Positions 12,501 through 20,000 of a DNA stretch of 20,000 bases are shown piece after piece; the stretch's first letter is position 1; the number at the start of each line of letters is the position of its first letter. Position numbers and translations under genes: made by a program. The notes beneath the pieces are model-generated. The model was not told where the DNA came from. It saw only the letters and a list, made by a program, of their open reading frames with translations, and did not search any database. Where the stretch lies: the NCBI GenBank assembly GCA_000165425.1, contig CT868540.1, positions 732,275 to 752,274 of the forward strand, written 5' to 3'. This stretch comes from Paramecium tetraurelia. Taxonomy: Eukaryota.

Positions 12501-13390
12501 GGTACGAATGAAAAGAATAATTAGGTGTATTGTGAAACAAATTAATTTGAGCTTTCTAATGTAAATTCCTTAGATGGACTAACACTTTTTATTTCGTTTT
12601 CCTAGAATTAACCCTCAGCAATATTAAGACCTTTATAGGTAGTCTTATAAAGTATCCAAAAAGAATCTCCATCCAATTATTAATTATTTGTATAAATGTT
12701 ATGAATTGAAAGGAGTATTGAATTACCAGGAAGATACTATTTTTGAAATAGGTTGTAAATTGTTAATTTTTATTCTGCAAGATTAATTTCAAAATCCAAA
12801 CTTATGTTTTAGAAAAGAGGGAAGGTATCTTATGTCAGCATTGATACGATCTTAGTTGCTCCTATATTAATAATTGGAAAGATGATATCAAAGATTGTCC
12901 CTGCTCTTACTCGAAATAGAAAGTTAATTTCAAAATTTAAAGTAGTTTTAACAAAAGTAGAATAGTTTTCATATCTTCCTTGTATGCTCAACTATTGCTA
13001 ATAAGCTAGAGTGTAAAGGCAAGTTTATCTCTCTACTAGGTTTTCATCCTAATAAAATTCTAAGATATACTCCTTATCCTAATTAAAAGGATAATAACCA
13101 TTTTCAATATTTTCCAAAGTAATATTCAAAGTATAGGAAGGAATAAAATTACCAAAAATTAAAATTTGGTTATCTTTGATTTTTGCTTGAAACTTATTAC
13201 CATTACACCAACAATAAATCTGCATTAGTTCATTTAACTCATAACTTAAAGGGAATATCATCAAAATTGAATTATATGTGTCGATTGATAATTAAACATC
13301 TAGAGTGTATTTTGTAATTGCACCAGATAAAGCATCATCCATCTTGATTGAAAATGAAGACACAAAAGGTAAAATCAGCAAAAATTACAT
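9538..13390 (-). CDS. Large cell-surface membrane protein with mating-type protein mtA/MTA-like architecture (1,269-1,276 aa)
   Basis: Open in code 6 from ATG at 13390 to TGA at 9538-9540 after removing a 22-nt intron (12411-12432); optional in-frame 21-nt intron at 10115-10135. Signal peptide MQFLLILPFVSS, about 7 beta-rich repeats, two furin-like Cys repeats (10414-10647), an N/S-rich linker, and about 5 hydrophobic C-terminal segments. The gene model is firm; the family assignment is less so. Confidence 0.85.
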
Positions 13391-14286
13391 TTATAATTGA
13401 TTTTTTAACTCTCTAATCTATGTTAACTTTTAAGTCCTTTTTTCACTAAGTAAATATAAATTAATTAACGGATATAAATTAAACTTTATTTTATTTTATT
13501 AAGATCTTTTCACTATTCTTTAAATTTGAAATCAAAAATACTAAATTGCCTTTATAGAATAGTAATTGCTGTGACAAAAAGATTCAACTTTTTAAAATAT
13601 TGACTAATTTATTATATACAATCATACATAATCAATTAATTAAAAATAGATTAATTTTTATCATTTCAATAATGATTTATAAACATAATCTGAAATTATT
13701 ATCTAAAAATTTATTAATTAGGTCTAAATAATCTTTCAAAATTATCTTATTTATTCTATAATTTTTTATGAGTGAAGGTTAAAATAAAAAAAATGTATTT
13801 ATTGATTTTTAAAGCCTTCTCTCAAGCTTTTGGAAACTATTAAATTGCTTAAGTTTTAAATTGGTTTACTTCAATCCTTTTTAAATTTATGCCTAATACA
13901 AAATAGTCAAAAATATTAACTCATAATATTTAGGCTTCTTAATTTTTGTTCTTTCTCCTTATAATAATTTTGATTTTACATTTAATTAAGTAACTAATTT
14001 ATTCTTAAAATATTTGTAATAAAATTAGAAGCTTCCTATTCATATATTTGCCTTTATTTTAGAGGTGAAATGAGGAAAATATCCAATAAAGCTTTAAACA
14101 CATTTAATCATTTACTAATAGAATCTATCAATAAAATACTTAACATCCCAAAAAAATGATTTCATTCTTTTAAAAGTCATTAGGATAAAAGTTGTAGTTC
14201 AAAACAAAATTTCTCTAAATAAGGTGGGTGTCATTCACAATCGTGTGTTAAAATCAAGTTTTATTTAAATTAATTAAATTAATAAC

Positions 14287-15639
14287 ATGGGAAAATCTTT
14301 ATATTTAATGATAATTCTAAAAATCACATCAGCTTATATCTACTCTGATACTGGAGTGTTTAATGGCTTTGCAACTGCTTCAGATTCAACTTTCATTTGC
14401 AATTTTGGTTTTTCTAGAACAGCCACTATATCATACTCGAATTAATTTGAAAGAATTCCTTAAGTGTTTTTTGTACATGAATATCTTGAGTAAGAGAAAG
14501 CTGACATGGGGTTTAGATTATCGATAACAACAATAACTTAAACAGGTACTTTGATACAATATACTATAAAAAGATTTCACTTTAGAAATTAGTTGTCATA
14601 AATAGAGGTAATACACACTGAGGATAAGATGGTTTGCTATTGATGATTAACGTATTGAAGTTATAAGTAACTTCAATATGGATGTTCCAGATGACAAGAC
14701 ATTTCCAATTAAAAATCCAAATGCCTAAACTGGTTTTGTGGCAATCACAAGTATGCGTTATTTAGAAGCAATCGATTTTCTATTATCTGTAATTATTGGT
14801 CATTTATTCTTTGATAAGCGAAATAAAAACTAATTCTGTTACTGTTAGTATAACTAAAATTGCAGGAAAGTTTACTAATCTGAAATAAATTGGGTATTTT
14901 GTAGTCGTTGGAATATAAGATGCATTTATAAATCTAGGATTAAAGACAGCAACAGGAGCATTTAGCAGTGGCACTATTCCAATAGAGCCAAATCGATGGT
15001 TTGCTATAGCTTTATAAGGTCTGGCTTTTCCAAATACCAAAAATCTAAGAATAAGAGCAACATATAGTAACACAGCAACAACAATATCATATACTTGGGG
15101 GACATGTAATTATTTATTATAAATAAAATATAATAGGGTATGAGATTGAAACTCCTAATAGTCATTCATAGATTTGGATTGCGTATTAATTTACAACCAT
15201 ATTCAAACCATTAGAATGTTTTAGTATAAGAATAAGCAGAAAATAAGTTCTCGATTTATTAACATTGCCTACGTTGTATTTAGAATTACTTTAAACTAAC
15301 TAAATATACACTGCAATTGGAAACTATGAATATTTAGTTGATAAAACAATCACCCCACTTAAAATGAATATCTAAATTAAATGCCAAAATGGAATGAAGG
15401 TTTAAGCAGATTTTAATAAATGCAATGCTTGTAATACAAAAAAGACTCACTCTTTTACTTATAATTGCTTCAATTAAATGAATTATATTGGATTCTTTCC
15501 TCTTTTTTAATAAGCATTTCCACAATATAATTCCTTAAAAATAAAGTTGCAATCCACTACACTTGAAATTAGCCAAGTTGTTTACGATTAAAGTCTTACA
15601 GAATCTACAATAGTCAAAATTTAAATATTAAATTAATGA
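14287..15639 (+). CDS. Secreted H-type-lectin-like protein (~422 aa); may be inactivated by a defective second intron
   Basis: Signal peptide MGKSLYLMIILKITSA; FERIPQVFF...ITTITQTDFTLEISC...LRIRWFAIDD fits the H-type lectin pattern. Introns 14546-14573 (28 nt) and 15106-15136 (31 nt) are canonical; 25 nt at 14789-14813 must also be removed to keep the frame. TGA at 15637-15639. Confidence 0.75.
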
Positions 15640-17596
15640 ACGATATTAATTCGTATTATTATATAATTCCATTAAAAATTGGATGTAGATTTATCAATAT
15701 TGATTCTAGAATCTTAAATTTATAAATATATGATTGTACAATAAATTTTAAGAAGACTTTATTTCGTTAAGAATGTTATTAAATTAACTCCTTAAAGATT
15801 GTACAGAATTTATTTCTAGCTTGTCTTTCCTGAATAAGCCTAAGCTATAGTAAAAATCCAATGATAGATAGATGTTTGCGAGCTCAGCAGTTTTGATGGA
15901 TAGAATGGTTGTCAAAAGATATAAAATATTAATGCGAAAGAGATTACAGCAATAATCATTATTATGTGGAAGACTTTATAAGAGGGATTATGATGATTCA
16001 GATAACCAATCATTTTTAGAGTAAATTGTTCAATTTATTTATATATAATAAATAAGGGAAATGAAAACCAAAAATTTTTTTCTTTCAAAATAAAGGAAGC
16101 ATCAAAAATGGTATAATACACGATCCTTCTTATTTCAATAATCTGCAAAAAATCTTTAACATAACTAATACAAGAGATATTTAATTTTAGAATGTAATTA
16201 ATTGTTATTCAATTTATTTTCAATAAATAATTTTAATCTAAGAATAATTGAAATTCTTTGAAATCTTCTTAAATCATTTCATGTATTTTTTATCTAGGTT
16301 TATTTGAACAAAATTTCTGTGTAATTTTACATTCAGAATCCATGATTCAAACTGTTTTGAAACCAACAAACATTTAAGCTATTTAACTAATTGACAAATT
16401 TAAGAACTAATTTAGACTTATTTGGATGCATCTTTGGGAGATTTGAATCAGTGTAATCCCAACAACAAGGAATCAAAGCCTAATTTAGAAAGAAATTATC
16501 TATCCACAAAGCAATTATCTTCAAAATAAATAATTAATGCTTTAATCTACTTCAATATTGAATAATGATAATTTTGTAATAGGGTTTATTATAAATACAT
16601 TCTCAAAACCCAATTTATTATTTCACTTTATAATTTCATGACAAACTTTAAGATTGTTCAAATAATTTATAAAAATTCAACTCTTACTGATCATATAGTA
16701 GTTTTAATTATCAGGGTTTTTATCACGATTTCTATGTTTACAAAATTAATATTTAAAACAAATTTTATATATGAATTTTGGAATATAATTGGGATATTCA
16801 TAGCCTCAAAACAATTTAAATACGTCATCTTTCTAAGAAATATAAAACAAAGCTCCCCCGTAAATTATGTTTTTAATCACTTAGAGAAATCAAACAATTT
16901 GAACCACAGTTAGAATTAAATCAATATCAAGAATAAGTACATAGTTATAATTATATTATAGCATTTTCTTAAAAATTAGTCATTTTAAAACAAAAAATCT
17001 TATATTTCAAGAGCATTATTGCTCATTCTGATAAAATAAATAATAATTCTGATAATATATTAGTTTTATTACACTACTTTTTTTATACATAATGTTTATC
17101 TTAACTTAAACACAAAAGTTTTAGGACTAGTGTATATTGCCCTGACTATACTCACCAGGTTTTCATTTTGTTAAGCTGTATAACTATAATCGATTATTAG
17201 GCTCCTATTGCTTAGATTATATTTATAATTGTACTATTTTGGGAGCCTTTTGTTATATTATGTGTTTATATTTTTATGGTAAGAGAGTTAGGTAAGAACT
17301 AAATCATATTTAGGTATAACGGGATATTACATTATGATGTTGCGATTTATTTGTAGTTTTTTTTAGGTGATAGTTGTCTAACTTTATATTTGTCTAGAAA
17401 AATCGGCCATTTAATACAAAAGTATAATTCAAATTATGTTTTAGAGGCTTTGGTAATATTCGGAATGGCAGCTTTTTTTTATAATTTAATAATGTTGGGG
17501 GGAGAGGGTGAGATAAATGTCATAATTATTCGTATTAAGAGGTTATCTTCGATCATGAAGGTCATATCTGGATTTATTTGTTTCCCACAGCTGGGC

Positions 17597-17847
17597 NNNN
17601 NNNNNNNNNNNNNNNNNNNNNNNNNNNNNNNNNNNNNNNNNNNNNNNNNNNNNNNNNNNNNNNNNNNNNNNNNNNNNNNNNNNNNNNNNNNNNNNNNNNN
17701 NNNNNNNNNNNNNNNNNNNNNNNNNNNNNNNNNNNNNNNNNNNNNNNNNNNNNNNNNNNNNNNNNNNNNNNNNNNNNNNNNNNNNNNNNNNNNNNNNNNN
17801 NNNNNNNNNNNNNNNNNNNNNNNNNNNNNNNNNNNNNNNNNNNNNNN
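17597..17847. other. Assembly gap (251 N)
   Basis: Run of N in the sequence. Confidence 0.99.
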
Positions 17848-18515
17848 AAATTAGTATATGGTTGCTTTAATAACTCTTACGGTTCATTTGAACTGCTAAT
17901 ACGTCCTTATTAGGTAATTTGCGCTTCAACAATCATTTGCTATTCTTGTTATTATTAAACCTATACCTTGTATGCTAAATCTTGTAAGAGTGCTTTACTG
18001 AAACTCTGCTTATACTGCATTCTAATCATAGCTGTATACCTACTAGTTATCAAGTCATATCATACATGCTCTGCCATACTATCTACTTAGTGCTATCTGT
18101 TAAGCTTCATGTTGGATTTATGAAATACTTCCTTTTGAAATGGTTTTATTTTACTCAAGTACTTTGCCAGAAAATTACATAGTTAACTAATTTCACCATC
18201 TGATTTAATAGTTGTGCCTCATTAACCAACTCCAGATCTAGGAGTATTTCAACTTGTTATGAGTGATTCTGTCTCAATCAATATAGAGTAGCTCATGTTC
18301 ATTTATAGATACTAGGAAACGCAATCGACATTATCAATTAACAATCTTTAATTATCAACATTTGATCGCTAAATGATGAACAAAAATTTTTGTATTTTGT
18401 ATGAAACCTCCCCAAATGCTTTCAAAAAAAGTTCAAATTTATGACTTTATTGATCATTTTCCTTCATCATTACATCAGGATTTTTGTTAATTTATTTCTT
18501 GTTTAGGAATGGATA
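17848..18515 (-). pseudogene. Degraded coding sequence of unknown family, running into the gap
   Basis: One protein-like frame of ~220 codons (YPFLNKKQINKNPDVMMKE...SGVGQ*GTTIKSDGEISQLCNFLAKYL...KALLQDLAYKVQVQQQQEQQM...) interrupted by three TGA codons. Confidence 0.4.
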
Positions 18516-20000
18516 TCAAATTATATTAAAAATTCTTTAGATTTACAAAATCTATATAATAATAATATTCAATCAGAATTAAAATTCAAGAAATATCAAC
18601 ACAATATTAAAAACTAGTTAACAAACTTATTGATATTGAATAATAATAAACTCAAAATTATTATTAATTTTTGATCTCAATAAAAGATGCCCTGCTATTT
18701 GCATTTGATTTAAGAGTTGGTCTTTTGGTAAAAGTTCTTAAAATAAATTAAAATGTTACTTGACTTCCTTTCCATTTTCAAATTTTAAGGACGATTTCAT
18801 TTTTTTAATATTAATTTATAGTTTTTTCCTTTTTTCAAATTCTTAATCCAAATACTTTCCAATGTTTTTAAAAAGAGTAATATTTGATTATTTTAATAAA
18901 GGATGGATTTTTGTCAAAATTGGTAATGAATATTTTTTGGAATAAATACTTAAAATGTCTTTAATAAAAGGAAAGCTCAGTCGAAATAATAATAAAATCA
19001 AAATGACTTAAAGGAACATCGAAAAAAAGTTGTTTTACAAGGCTTAAATTTCATATTGACTTGCTGCAAGAAAAATAGCTATTAAGCAAATTTACCCTGA
19101 TTTTAAATCTAAATTATTAAATTTTGAAATAATATAAGGTTTGTTATTGATAGCTAAGATTTAATATATTTCTACACATATGCCTAAAAAAGTTGTCTTT
19201 AATAGCACATTGTTCTCAAAATTAGTAATTACTAGTATAATACATGTCTTTTGGATCAACTTAATCTATTCCCAAAAATAACTTTTTTCATTGTATTCAT
19301 TAAATAAATAACAGATATGTTTTCGGAACTTTAGCATGTCTAGACGAAATCTATTTCGAAACATCAATAAAAATAATGAAAGAGGAATAATACAACAAAA
19401 AATCACCAATAGTGGTATAATAAGAAAATAAATCCAAATATAATGTTCCTAACTATCAAATAATAATGAAACATCTCCTTAAATGTAATAAATATTTGAT
19501 ATTGATCTAACAGACAACTTAGAGCATAACCTAATTTATTAAATCTTTCTTACAATTTAATTAATCCTCCATAATTAAAAACATATAAGCAAAGTAGGGT
19601 GTTTGAAATTATACTCCTCTCCATTTATTATGATGATAATTGAAAATAAATGAATGAAATGATCAGTATAAAATAGAATTGTAGCAGCATTAATAAGACT
19701 ATAAAAATAATTTAAGCGTAGATTAAATGTATTTATAAATTTGATAAGTAACAATCGAAATTATTTACCATAAAATAAAAGCTATTACTTGATTGCTCAA
19801 TGAAGAAGATAGAAGATGAAAACTTTATGTTAAAAGTAAATATGGATGAAAAGATCCATAAGTAATTTAATAAAATCTTAATTAAAATACCCTCGTGATC
19901 TAATTATACATTTAAATTTACCTTAATTTAATTTGAATAGTATTTTGCTAAACTTTTTTTGAAAAACTGTAAATTAGTTGAATAAAGCATTTGATTTGTT

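Noticed and set aside
13195..13590. Calling the surface gene mtA itself
   Set aside because: Architecture alone cannot separate mtA from its paralogues, and TA dinucleotides are too common here to define an excisable promoter.
14804..15525. Supplied - strand ORFs 14804-15073 and 15334-15525
   Set aside because: Antisense shadows of the lectin-like gene.
17150..17596. Minus-strand frame PSCGKQINPDMTFMIED... as a retroelement endonuclease
   Set aside because: Only a vague PD dipeptide; no reverse transcriptase, transposase, terminal repeat or target-site evidence.
16638..17913. Supplied + strand ORFs 16638-16913, 17390-17854 and 17578-17913
   Set aside because: Called with the wrong genetic code, composition reflects AT bias, and two are extended through the N gap.
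6600..18300. In-frame TGA at apparent Gly positions (8398, ~18220) as possible stop readthrough, selenocysteine or an ambiguous code
   Set aside because: The kinase-MORN locus also has frameshifts, intact genes contain no internal TGA, and GGA>TGA is a single substitution, so decay is the simpler explanation.
1..20000. CRISPR arrays, tRNA/rRNA genes, telomeric repeats, prokaryotic operons
   Set aside because: None seen by eye; there are no tandem G3T3/G4T2 runs and the sequence is eukaryotic with spliceosomal introns.

Overview
Very AT-rich eukaryotic DNA, best read as a ciliate macronuclear sequence, almost certainly Paramecium. TAA/TAG read as Gln with TGA the only stop (genetic code 6), introns are 21-31 nt, and intergenic spacers are as short as 37-93 bp. 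The supplied standard-code ORF track is therefore mostly artefact. Retranslated by hand, the window holds: a 3'-truncated SAXO/STOP-like gene, a small hypothetical gene, BUD32/TP53RK, a VPS10/sortilin receptor, a decayed protein kinase-MORN pseudogene, DPH3/KTI11, a ~1,270-aa surface protein with mating-type protein (mtA/MTA-like) architecture, and a secreted H-type-lectin-like gene with one anomalous 25-nt GT..TG or TA..TA insertion. The last ~4.3 kb holds only degraded coding relics and a 251-nt N gap. All family calls come from motif recognition; no database search was run.
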